A DNA stretch of 64,000 nt, from positions 38,254,001 through 38,318,000 of the forward strand of contig CM060733.1 of NCBI GenBank assembly GCA_030704615.1. Reading direction: 5' to 3'. Position 1 is the stretch's first letter, and every line of letters begins with the position of its first letter. The position numbers were made by a program, and so were the translations under genes. This stretch comes from Takakia lepidozioides. Its lineage: Eukaryota; Plantae; Bryophyta. This document shows, piece after piece, positions 35,541-47,205 of the stretch. The notes under the pieces are model-generated. The model did not search any database. It was not told the DNA's origin and saw nothing but the letters and a program-made list of their open reading frames with translations.

Positions 35541-38350
35541 TCAGGGTGTTCTGCTATCCCGTCCCCACGTACCATATCGATTTTGTTGGTCAAGTTTTCG
35601 TGTGTAGGTTTGTAGCTCCTCCTTGGTCCAGGGTATAATGTGTTTTGTTTCCCTGCTGCCCATTAACCAGTTAACAGCTTGGACCCCTGTTTCTCTGAAA
35701 GGGTGGTCTCTGACCAATACCAATGGTAAAAAATGGTCCTTCGCCTGGCGCCATGCTTCAGCATAAAGTGGCCTATTCATATATGCTGAAGTGCCTGTGA
35801 CTCTCTCTGGTGGCTGGAATTTGGGTAATTCCCAGTGAGTATCTTTTTCAATACTCTCATAGCGCTGCCAGCTTCCCCTCATTGTCACGAACATGCGGTA
35901 CAAATAACTGCCAATATAAAAACTTGGGCATCCCATCACAATGGTTACTGCCGGGGTAGGATTAATCTTCAATTGCCCCACTGCCCACATGTAAGCTACC
36001 AGCTCCTTGTATTCCAGAGGAGCTTGGCGCCAGAATTCAACCAATTTTGCCCCTGACCATGTCTCCTCCTTAGCCAGTGGTCTCATCCTATATCTCAAAG
36101 GAATAAGAGTTTGATTGAGAAGATGCAATTGACCCAATGATTTGCAAGGAGTTAAGGTTTTGAAAACCTTCTCCAGTATTTCTGGGATTTGGTGGGCTGG
36201 TACTACCATCATTTTAAAGTATTCCTTTGAATACTTTAACCACTCCCCATCCTGCTTGCATGGCATGATTTGGAAATCATCCACTACTACTGAAGTTGAT
36301 GCTACCAGGACACTTGGTAGTGTCACAGGGTTTACCTCTTGAGTAGATGGCCCTGCTGTGGCCTGTACCAGTGTCTGTTGGTTTGGTGGTGTTTGTGTCG
36401 GTGTTGTTGTTGTTGATTGTATTGGTGTCTCTCGTTCGTGATCTTGCTCCTCTTGATCCTCTTTGTCCATGAGTTCCTCTTGTTCTGGAATTGGTGGCAG
36501 GAACTCCTCATGAATGTCTGTCACCAATTTCGCCAACTGGCACTTCATCTGCCTCACCATTGCCCTGTTGAGTTTCTTCATCTCCAATTCACTCCCTTCA
36601 TTCAACCAGGCTCTGGCTAAGGCTGCGTCTGCTGCATCCAACCGTGCTTGCAGTGTCAGCTTCTCCAGCTGCTGCTTCCATTCTTGTTCATTGCCCATGG
36701 CAATGTCTCTTTCTTCGGTGGCGGTAAACAGCCTGCTATCAGCATCCTCCATTTGCTTCAGCAGTGCAGTGCTGCTGTTGAGCCACTTGGTTCCCTGATC
36801 TCTGGCAGTCCTCAGCTGCCCCTTGAGTGTCTCCACCTGCTGCTTTAATGTTTGCACCTGCCCTGTGAGTGTTTCCATCCCTGTCTCTGTTTTCCGAGAT
36901 CTCTCTCGCTCTGCATCGAGGTCGGCTTGGACATGGCATGTTTCGTCTCTCTGTCTTTCCCACTTTTGCTCCCACTCATCTCTGCGTTGTGCCAATGTGT
37001 TGTATTGGCGGAGTAAGGTTGACTTTTGATCTTCTAATGCTGCAATTGTAACCTCATGGTTACATACTGTTCTTGAAGTGGCCAATTCCCTCTGGTGCTT
37101 CTCTTTGATGTGGTCTAAGATCATGTTCAGGTTTTCCGGGCTGATGTAATCCTTGGCCCTGTCCATACAAACTGTTAGTTGCCCCAATGCTTGTATTGCC
37201 TGCAGAATGACATTTTGTGGTGCTTCCTCCAACCCTGTGTCCCATGTTGTTGTATCTAAAACTTGTTGTGCTAGTAGTAATTCCAAATTGGAATTTCTGT
37301 CTTGCTGCTGCTGACTCGGTGCCTCTTGCACCATCTACTGTTGCTGCTGATCGGGTGTCTGTTGTACTATCTGCTGTTGCTGCTGGTCGGGTGCCTGTTG
37401 CACCATCTGCTGTTGCTGCGCCACTATGTCTCCCTCCTCTGCCATGGCTAATTTCCATGGGCGTTGCTTCGTTGGTCTGTGGTTTGTTCCCTCCTTCTGG
37501 CTGTTGATTCTCCCCTTCTCTCTGTACTGGGGAATCAGCCGTCAAGTTGATGATGTCCTCTGCTGCTGCACTTGTGGTTGCTTTGTTGATCCGGGCTCTC
37601 TTTGCAAGTCCACCCTCTTCTTCTTCCTGACATGTTGCTGTCTCACTTCCTTCTTCCTCCATTGTGTCTACCCGTTGCATGATTCCCAACGTCGCTTGCT
37701 CTTCGGCCGTTAGGTGTACAATGTGTCGAATCATCTGGAGTAACAATGGAGTCACCATGGTAACAGTCGCTTCCTTCTTCTTCTTTGTCAACCTGGTCAG
37801 TTCTTGAGTTAACTTCTTCAATAAGAAGCTTGCCCAATTCACGATTTGCCCATTGAAGCAAATCAACACTTGGTCGATTAGCTCCTTGGTACAGTAGCTA
37901 TGGTTTTGCCTGAGGCAAAGCAATGTGCTAAGTACTGGGGCTATCTTCCTGAAGCCATGGTTTTTGCTGTGGCTGCATGTGTAGCCTTGATCTGCTTGGT
38001 TGAGATTCTCAAACAAATCTGCAAGTACAAACCTTGGAGGTTTGCCGGTGTGCGGTGGTACGTCCAGACTGGGAAGGTGAAATACTTCCGCCAAGTACCT
38101 CTCTGTCAGCAGGATGTGCATGTCGTGGACATTTGTGCTCCGAGTGCTAATGTTGTAATTCTCCAAGAACTCCCTGCATAGCTCGTCGTGCTTGGGTTCC
38201 AGTCCAGCGTGGTGATGAAGTATCGCAGGCCAAGACTGTCCAACGTCTCCTATGTCTTTGTGTCCTGCTCAATCTTCCGCAACGCTGGGCTGATTTTGAA
38301 ATTGACTTGCGCATAAGAACTTGGTGCCTTCCGCTTGGTGCCTGCCATTT
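35541..38350 (-). CDS. Extra ORF downstream of integrase (plant-mobile-domain/Transposase_32-like N-terminus, long coiled coil, C-terminal globular domain); frameshifted
   Basis: MAGTKRKAP.. (38350), ELCREFLENY..LAEVFHLP..VNWASFLLKKL (ORF 38166-37060) and an overlapping 597-aa ORF 37334-35541 with heptad-rich sequence. It lies between integrase and the PPT, in sense orientation. Confidence 0.65.
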
Positions 38351-38949
38351 CTCTTAGTCTCGCGGTTGCTGTAAGGAATTGGAGCACCAATTCCTGTATC
38401 ACAAGAAGTATGAAGCACACTGGAAGTTGTGTATACAACAATTTCCAGTTTGCGGAAGAGAAGGTGAGGAGTTCGCTCCTGGGTTTAAGTAGGGGTTCCT
38501 CTTTGTAGGTTTCTCCTCTAACTTCTCTCGAGGTTCTCATGGAGGTAATTTTGTCCTGTTGTTTGCCTAGGTTTAAAGCGTGGTTAGCTTTAATTGCTGG
38601 GCCCAGGCTTACCAGAGAAGCATTTAGCCTCAGGTAAGGGTTTTGAGAAAACTTCATCCATTTTGTGCTTGATTTTCTTCCGTTGGTTTTTTCTTTGTGA
38701 TTTGTTTTGTTTAAAACTGATGGTCGTTGATGATTGTCCAGTTTCGGTCAGTTTATGTTCATCCCTCTGAGCTGTGTTCATCCACTTTATTATGTGGTCC
38801 GTTTTTAGATGGGCGGCGTTGGCGCAGTACTTGCAGCTTGGTTTAATGGCTTTGCCCTTATCGTCCGTCGTCTTTTGGCATCCGTTGGAGTGCGCCGTCG
38901 TTCCGCCTCTGTGTTATGATCGAAGGGTAGTGGTGTATGATTACCACTG

Positions 38950-41760
38950 TCGGTGGGGTGATCTGAAGCGTACATCTCGGAATTTAACACAAGTAGTGAC
39001 TCGTTGGCCGTTTCGTATTCGTTCACTGTTCTGTAGGGCATATGTGTTGGCCACGGTTCACCCTTGATTTTTGGTAACCATAATACAATATCCCCATCCT
39101 GGAAAGATTTCTCTTTCCCTTCGGATATTCTTTTCCTTCGTTGTTCCTGGATCTGTGCCATATTATCTGCGGCATCTGTTCGAACTTCTTCCAGATGGAA
39201 TAATTCATATTCCCTGACTCGTAATGATTCTTCTAAGCCCCATCGTTCATGAGTTCCGGTTCGTAGTGTGGGTATCATACATTCAATGGGTAATAGTGCC
39301 TCTGCTCCATACACCAGTTGAAATGGTGTATGCTTCGTGGCCACCTTGTATGATGTCCTGAATGCCCATAGTGCTGTGTTTAATTTGGTGTCCCAATTTG
39401 TACGATTGGCATTTACTCTCTTGGTTAAGATAGTGCATAATATTTTGTTGGTAGATTCGGCCTGACCGTTTCCTTGAGGATAGTAAGCAGTACTCTTGTG
39501 ATGTACAATCATGAACTCCTCCGTCAAGCATTTTATAGCATCATTTATGAAGTGTGATCCCTGATCACTGACGAATTCCAGTGGGCAACCAAATCGTGTG
39601 ATGATGTTTTCATATAAGAATTTGGTGTTGATCTGGCAGTGTTGTCTCTTAGTGCCTTGGCCTCTACCCATTTGGTAGTGTAGTCAGTGGCTGTGAGGAT
39701 GTATTGGTTTTGTGTGTACCTTGCTGGAGGTTTAATGGGTCCCACGAAGTCTAGCCCCCAGTGCTGAAATGGTTCTGTTGGTAGTATTGGGTGCAGAGTC
39801 CCCTTCCCCGTTCGTTCTACTGGTCCCATCCTCTGGCAGACATCACACTGTTGACAGTGTTCATAAGTATCTCCAGATATAGTAGGCCACCAGTAGCCTG
39901 CTAGTAATATTTTCTTTGCTGTCAGGTCCGAACTGAAGTGTCCACCTGCAATTCCTTCGTGTAGTTCTTGCATTACTGTTTTGGCTTGGTCTTTGTTTAC
40001 AAATCTTCTCATTATGGAGTCAATTCCTCTTTTGTACAAAATCCCTTTGATTAATGTGTGGCTTGCTTTTCATGGAAAGCTTCCTCCTGTCATATTTGGT
40101 GTAATCTTCAAGAAATTTCCCTGTGTTCAGATAGTATTTGATTGGCCATTGCCAATCATCTTGATTTTGATCATGAATATATTCTTATTCTTCTTTGGTA
40201 ACTGTATAAGCTCCAATACTGATATTGGCCAATTCTTGATTGTTTGTTTCTTCGTTTTCCTTGTCATCTTCTTCTTGTGGATCTGGCTCTTCTTCAATAA
40301 TAAGTCCTTCATCAAGAGGTTCATCTTCATCGGATGAATCTTCATCTTCATCCGTGTCGTCCATGAGTTTGAGAACATCTGGAAGGTCATAGTCTCCTTG
40401 AAACATTCCCCAATCATTTATAGGATCTGTCTCTTCATCTGGTGCTTCTGGTTGAACAGCAAACAAAAATGCATCGGGAAGTTGATCCTCTACCCCCGTG
40501 GCTGGTTCTCCTGTAGTAATCCTTGACAGATGATCCGCTGTAACATGTAATCTCCCTGGTTTATGAACAACTTCAAAGTCATACTCATGAAGAAGTAATA
40601 ATCATCGAGCAACCCTGCCACTAGCTAGTGGTCGATTTGCTAGATGAACTAGAGCCTGATGATCAACAATAAACTTAAAGCGATTGCCAAGTAAATAATG
40701 CCGAAATTTTTGAACAGCATAAATCATTGCCAATGCTTCCCTTTCTGTGGTGCTATAGTTCTTTTTTGCTGCTGTCAACAATCTGCTTGCATAATAGATT
40801 GGTGAATCTATTGTGCCTGTCACATTCTGAGCTAGAACCGCTCCCAAAGCAATGCCTGATGCATCACTGTGTACATGAAATGGTAAATCCCATCTTGGAT
40901 TTATCAGAATTGGTGCTGACTGGTGCCGCTCTGTGAGCATATTTGTCCATGTACCTTATGTAATAGCTCGTCTGTCCCAGAAATCTCTTGAGTTTCTTGG
41001 GATATTCTGGTGGTGGTATTTTCTGGATAACCTCCACTTTCTTTGGATCTACCAGAATTCCTTGTTGGCACACAATGTGTCCCAAGAATAATCCTGAATT
41101 CACACAGAATGTACATTTTTCGGGGTTGAGACTTACTCCATTGTTTCTGCAGGCTTGTAGGCAAAGTTTTAACTGTGCCAAAATGTTTGGATTTCTGTCC
41201 AAAGACACTGAAATCATCCAAAAATACTTGCATAAAATCATTGAGATAGTTCTTGAATATCTCAGATACTGCTCGTTGAAATGTGGCTGGTGCATTGCAA
41301 AGTCCAAATGACATGACTTTGTAAGCATATGCTCCCCATTCAGTGATGAATGCGGTCTTTTCTCGGTCTTCTTCTGCCATCTGTACCTGGTTGTACCCAC
41401 TAAACCCATCCATGGATGAGTACATTTCATGTCCAGCCACTGTGTCCAACACTATTTCAGTGAAAGGTAGTGGAAAAGGGTCTTTCTTGGTTCCTACGTT
41501 TAACTTGCGGTAGTCCACACACACTCGTAGTTTTCCATTTTTCTTGGGTACTATCACAATGGGCGATAACCATTTTGGTGTCTCTACTGGGTATATGAAT
41601 CCTGCATCTAGTAACTTCTTGATTTCTTCCCAAACTTTAGCTGCATAGTTGGGGTTCATTCTGTAACGAATCTGACGAATTGGTTTTGTGTCAACTTCCA
41701 ATTCAATTCAGTGCTGACAGATATTAGAAGGTATACCCTTCAAATCCTTGTAGTTCCACC
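38950..41760 (-). mobile_element. Ty3/Gypsy pol (RT-RNase H-integrase), Athila-like non-chromovirus; frameshifted and 5'-truncated
   Basis: RT: PIVIVPKKNGKLRVCVDYRKLN, DGFSGYNQV, FGLCNAPATFQR, FLDDF. RNase H: DASGIALGAVL, NYSTTEREALA, DHQAL. Integrase: [41 protein letters not shown]. gag, protease and the 5' LTR are absent. Confidence 0.95.
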
Positions 41761-42710
41761 GGTGCAGCTAAGTCATGTGCCCGCCCCTTCCCAGGTGGGT
41801 CCTCTTCCAGTGGAGCAGGTGCAAATCATGCAAGCACAGCAGCAGGAATCCCATTGGAGGAGGTGGTGTCCTTGGTGCACGAATCTGATTGCATTGACAG
41901 TGAGTGGCATATAGAACGCACCCCACCAAGATCTAGAGTGGCTTGCATGGCAATTCGGACCCCCTCTTTCAAGAAATGCAAATCAAAAATATGCAAAGGC
42001 TCCAGGGGGACTCCAGCTCCAACATTCACAGGGTTGTTCCGACCTTATCATAGTAGGGAGTCAAAGGACCACAAGTTCTGGTTCTGCCCAGACGATATGG
42101 CACGATGCGTCAAGTGAACAATTCGTCATTCGGTGATAATGAAGCCCCCTCAGCCCGTAATTTGGCATGTGAAACTTGGGACGTCGCTGTCATCAACCGA
42201 TATAAGCATGCTGGAGGAGGGAGGGTTCCGTCTTGCACGGTCCCGCGTGGTGCCTTCATGCACTCTGGGCACAGATGTGCCATATGCTCCGGCAATGCCT
42301 CCACCCGGTGCCGACTCCCACCCAACAAAAAGAGATGGAAAAACAGTGCGTCGTGTCGCTTCGGGTGCAGATCACGACTGCAAGATGGAATCGGCTAGAA
42401 TTTTGCAGGCTCGGGTGACTCGTATCACCGAAGTCCCGACCCCGGGGTATGGACGGATTTACATAGTGTTGTCTGCTGGCTCAGTTCTTCATGACAAAGA
42501 ATATCAGGTTACCGTGGGGAATTTTCCTGCGTGCACTTGTCCATATTTTGTAACGATGTGTGAGGGCACTCTCGGCATGAAAGGGAAGTGGATCCCCTGC
42601 AAGCATCAATATTACATATACCTTATAATTATGTGCTGCGACGGTAAGAGAGACCAATTCATTTACCAAGCCACACTAGGCTATGGAAAAGTCATCACTC
42701 TTCTGTAGCG
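41760..42710 (+). pseudogene. 3' part of MULE transposase (Cys-rich segment and SWIM finger), paralogous to 25085-25999
   Basis: SEWHIERTP..CMAI..KC..GTPAPTFTG..FWFCPDD and YQVTVGNFPACTCPYF..WIPCKHQYYIY align by eye with SQWRIARTL..CCAI..RC..VPAPCFSG..FWFCRHD and YTITIGVEPTCNCTDF..YYPCKHLYYIY. Confidence 0.85.
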
Positions 42711-43146
42711 AGACACCTGCCGTGGGGCTCCGCCAGATTCTCTGTGAACAGAAACGAGCCATGCCCACTTTCCGTGCTGGTTTCCAGCTTATCGTGTCGA
42801 GTTTTTGCATGTAGGACAAACACATACATTTCGTTTGCGGAACCAGGGCAATTGCACATGCCATTCATTGTAGGCGTCTTTCTCTTAATTGAAATAAAGT
42901 GTAACGATCATTCTGAGCTCAAATCTGCCATATGTTCATATACCTCTTTTTGTGCAGACATTGCAGATATGGTGCATGGTGGCCCATTTGTTTTGTCCAC
43001 GTTTGTCCACGGAAATAGCCCCTCTTCATGCAATCCTCGCCTATAGGGCCTGCTTCTCCAGCACATTGGTGCCGCTCACGCTTTGCAGCTACAACGTGAG
43101 CTCAGCTCCCAGGCTCACGGGGCTAAGCTTATGCCGTAGCTACGCT

Positions 43147-43427
43147 GCCGTCCACTTAACCCCTGCCAAAGCGTTCGTCATTTTCTTCTCCATATTCTGC
43201 TGGAAAATCTGAAACCCCTCCCATTCATGCCTGACATAAGCACTCTCCAGCCTCATCATGTCCCTATCCTTGAAATAATCCACTACCACTTCTTTCACCC
43301 TATCCAAGGCATTCGGTCCCGGGTAGTACGGCTTGTTGACATGGCTATCCCGCTCGTGGGCACATTTTCTCTTCCTCCAACCCCCAGACGACCCCGTCCT
43401 AGAACTTGAATTCACAACCCCTGACAT
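43147..43427 (-). pseudogene. Protein kinase pseudogene, N-terminal extension
   Basis: ATG 43427 MSGVVNSS..MMRLESAYVRHEWEGFQIF..AGVKWTA joins in frame to 31256 across the duplicated target site. Confidence 0.7.
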
Positions 43428-43964
43428 TATATAAACATTTGCCCACAGCAGGGGACAAACCTCAGAAAACGGCAATGGATGCGTGTGGATGGTGTATTTG
43501 TAGTTTCTATAAAAAAACAGGTCGTCGGAGATCCGAAAACTGCAAAATGGTGATACGATGATTGAACCGTGAACAAGGGTGTGGGATTGACCAATAAAAA
43601 ATCGACAAAACCTCTCCCTCCCCCCCCCCAATAATCACCTTTGCACCTCCTGTTGGCAGTGCCAAGCAACAAAGTCCGAAAGGACTACGGGATGCCAAGG
43701 AACCCCACCACGACAGAGGAAAAAATGATCAGAAAATGAGGGGGAATGGTTTATATAAAAAAAAAGACATTATGCTTGAAAAGGCGCGACAGGCCAGTGG
43801 CGCCTTGCCACGTGTCAGCGCGGCGCGGGCCAGTAGCACCTCGCCATGCGCACCCACATGGGAGAGGTCAAGGGTTCAAAACCACCTTCCACTCCCCCCC
43901 TCCCATTTGTTTTGTTTTTCCTGATCTGTGGCTGGCGAGGTGCCGTTTCATGATTAAGAAAAAC

Positions 43965-44770
43965 AAAACGACCGCCACACGGCGGGTCCCGGGATTTCCA
44001 AAAAAAAAACAAAAAAAACACGCGACCGCTGCATGGCGGTCGTTATATTTTTAAAAACAAAAAGAGCGACCGCCACATGGCGGCAGCTGCATTTTGAAAA
44101 ATATAATAAATAAGCGACCCCCGTTTGGCGGTCGCTTAATTCAAGATTCAAAATAAAAGAAGCGACCGCCACATGACGGTTGCTGCATTTTTAAAAATAT
44201 TTTAAATAAGCGACCGCCATTTGGCGGTCGCTTATTTCAAAAGATTCAAAATAAAAAAAAGCGATTGCCGCCAAATGGCGGTCGCTGCATTGTAGCGACC
44301 GCCAAATAAAGCGACTTGGCGGTCGCTTTATTTAAGAATCAAAATCGATATAAGCGACCGCCGCAAAATGGCGGTAGTTGCATTTTTTAAAAATTTATTA
44401 AAGAAGCGATTGCCAAATGGCGGTCGCTTTATTTAATAATAATAATAAAAATAAGCGCTAAATTATTAAAAAAAAATCGACCGCCATATTGCAGTCGCTA
44501 CATTTTTATAAAAATATTAAATATATAACAATAATAATATAATAAACTGCAAACGATCGCCAATCTGGGCGGTCGCTTAATAAAACATAATAAACTTCAA
44601 GCGACCGCCAATATGTGCGGTCGTTCATTTATAAATTAATAAATTATCGGCGATCGCCAATATAGGCGGTTGCTTAATTTAACAAAATATTAAATTACAA
44701 GCGACCACCAATATGGGCGGTCGCTTGATTTAAAAAATAAAAAATAAAAAACGACCGCCAATATAGGCGG
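43965..44770. repeat. Right subterminal array of GCGACCGCC-N4-5-GGCGGTCGC palindromes
   Basis: About 15 degenerate copies with AT-rich spacers; same motif as 27770-28425. Confidence 0.9.
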
Positions 44771-44982
44771 ACATATTTTTTAAGAGGAATTAATAAATAT
44801 TAATAATTGGCCATGTCTGTTTTACACCGTGGCTGCCATGTCATTAGAAATGATAGAAGTAAATCGTAAAAAGTCAAATGTAAAAAAAAAATCATGGGTA
44901 AACGTCCGGATTCGACGTGACGTGACGCATGTCGGACGTGTTAGCGCCACGTCACATCAGGAATGATAGCTAGGATCCAGAT

Positions 44983-45300
44983 TCCACTTTGCTATTTTTT
45001 TGCGAATTTCCAGCGACCAAAAGTACTTGAAATTCCAAATCTCCCACATGAAGGGCCAATCATTGTTCCAGGAAAGCCCACTTTGCTATTTTTCGCGAAT
45101 TTCTAGCAACCAAAAGTACTTGAAATTCCACATCTCCCACACCGCATGTCCAAAAATCATGAGACAAAGCCATCGCACCCCTCCTCGTCGAGGGCTTTCC
45201 AAGAGCACCAAGCACCAGCGCTGGGCCCGCGATTTGGGAGATCTCAACGATGCTACAAAACAAAACAAAACAAAACAAACAAATAAATCGTTCATACATT
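44983..45300 (-). mobile_element. Helitron-type repeat, right part of the split copy
   Basis: Closely similar to 45675-45975 (CCAAAAGTACTTGAAATTCC modules, GAGGGCTTTCCAA, TTGGGAGATCTCAACGATG, (CAAAA)n). Confidence 0.7.
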
Positions 45301-45302
45301 GA

Positions 45303-46010
45303 CTAGGGTAGCCTGTGCGTTGGCCCAAGTGTCCAGTGCCATCTAAGTCCAAGTGCAATCCCCTATGTATCCAAGTGCGCCTCCTATGTCGAGGCCCATG
45401 TGTGAAGAATAATATATCCAAGTACGATCTCTAGGGTACCCTTGGCCCAAATATCCAAGTGCAATCCCTTATGTATCCAAGTGCGTCTCCTATGTCGAGG
45501 CCCATGTGTGAAGAATTGAAATCTAAGCCCAAGTGCAATCTCATGTATCCATGTGCGTCTCCTATGTAGAACGACCTCCAGTGTCCAATGTCACCTAAGT
45601 CCAAGTACAATCCCAAAGCCCACTTTGCTATTTTTGCAATATCCCCTGTCGAGGCTTCATATATTGATATATCCACTTTGCTATTTTTTACGAATTTCCA
45701 GTGACCAAAAGTACTTGAAATTCCAAATCTCCCACATGAAGGGCCAATCATTGCTCCAGGAAAGCCCACTTTGCTATTTTTCCCGAATTTCCAGAGATAA
45801 AAAAGTACTTGAAATTCCATATCTCCCACATCGCAGGTCCAAAAATCATGAGACCAAGCCGGTGCAGCCCTCCTCATCGAGGGCTTTCCAACGGCACCAA
45901 GCACCAGCGTTGGGGCCCCACGGTTTGGGAGATCTCAACGATGATACAAACAAACAAACAAACAAACAAACAAACGTCTCGCTTCATTTATTGATATATA
46001 TAGAATTAGA
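45303..46010 (-). mobile_element. Non-autonomous Helitron
   Basis: The minus strand begins A|TCTAATTCTATATATATC followed by (GTTT)n and ends CTTGGGCCAACGCACAGG (imperfect hairpin) CTACCCTAG|T. These are the TC...CTAG termini, inserted between A and T with no TSD. Confidence 0.75.
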
Positions 46011-47205
46011 TGTAAGCTTTTAACCCCTAATGGACGACACGACCCGTTTCAGGTCGCGTCAGAAATCAGAAATCGATTTGCCATGATGGCAAATCGTTGG
46101 ATGACCTTGGATGAAAAAACTTTCTGAATGAAAGTTGTGCGCTACATGCACCTGCCTGTCTTTATGGCACCCTAAAATAATAAAAGCACTGCCGTCAGTA
46201 AAAAATTTAGTGTGCAGGGGTACCCAATTAAGGGTCCTCTAGCAGCTTTGACTTGCCGACGTGGCAGGATATGGGTGGCCTGTACATAAGTTAGAAAATT
46301 CATCTATGCATGTAGATAGGTTAGAATGCTTCCAAATTTTTTATGGTAGTAAATTTCCACGCAAGGAACAATATGACCAGAGGAATTCACATTGTGATGA
46401 AAATTTGGACATTTTTTAGGCAGATTTGGGGTCAATTGTAATGGATGGTCTTTTTGACCCACTTATTTTCCCATACAAAGCAACCCTCATGTGGTTTTGG
46501 AATTTGGTTCTGGAATTTTGGCCCAAGGTGTTGTACATACCAGACAATTAGAATCTGGGTATGCTGTATAAATGAAAATTCATATTGCTAGGCCAATTGC
46601 TTGGTCAAACCATTTTTTCACCCCAAAACTAGAGCATAGTAAACAAATTTTACGGCTTGCATTTTTGTTATAATCTTTGTAATGACACGGTGAAATCAAC
46701 TGAAATTTTTACAGTAGGTTCCTGAAGTAGGTAGGATTACTTTCATACGGTTCATCCCCCTGGATGTTTGCCAAATGTCAGATATGCCATCAAATATGAG
46801 GGCATGTTCCGTTTTGGAATGGGCCCACCAAAAATGGGCACCAAGTGCATCAATATATGAAGCAAGCCATATCTAATCATCACCGGTTCTCAACCGGATC
46901 CGGTTGTCCCATCTTTTCAGATCCGGCAATTCTTATCGGAGGCGGATATTTGATTTTTGACCTCTGGCAGATCCACATATAAATATCCGGGTTGGGACCC
47001 GCCAGGGGTTTGAGGAATTATCAAATATCCGTGCAACACTGGTTAGGAGTCATGACCGACAAGTCTAAGGGTAAGAAAGTCGTAGGGTATATTCCCAGCT
47101 CTGCTACGAGGCCTGAGTATAAAACTTCATGAGTAGGATATTATACTACAGTTGCAAGCATCGGTCTCTAGTGATCGACGTGAGCTCCTAGAGAAGATCG
47201 ATATC

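Larger units (their letters stand above)
31267..43146. mobile_element. Mutator-like element (11.9 kb including nested Gypsy) inserted in the kinase gene
   Basis: 10-bp TSD GCCGTCCACT at 31257-31266 and 43147-43156. Both ends carry CCGTGAGCC/GGCTCACGG subrepeats in inverted orientation. Removing the element restores the in-frame kinase sequence GVKWTA-DRDKW. Confidence 0.88.
27579..44974. mobile_element. Large composite DNA transposon (17.4 kb including nested inserts) with short imperfect TIRs and 8-bp TSD; hAT-like or unclassified
   Basis: ATCCAGAT is duplicated at 27571-27578 and 44975-44982. Termini are CCCGGTTATCA and (rc) CCTAGCTATCA, both followed by CGTCACGTCACGT motifs and GCGACCGCC palindrome arrays. 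The flanks rejoin into one Helitron-type repeat. Confidence 0.8.
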
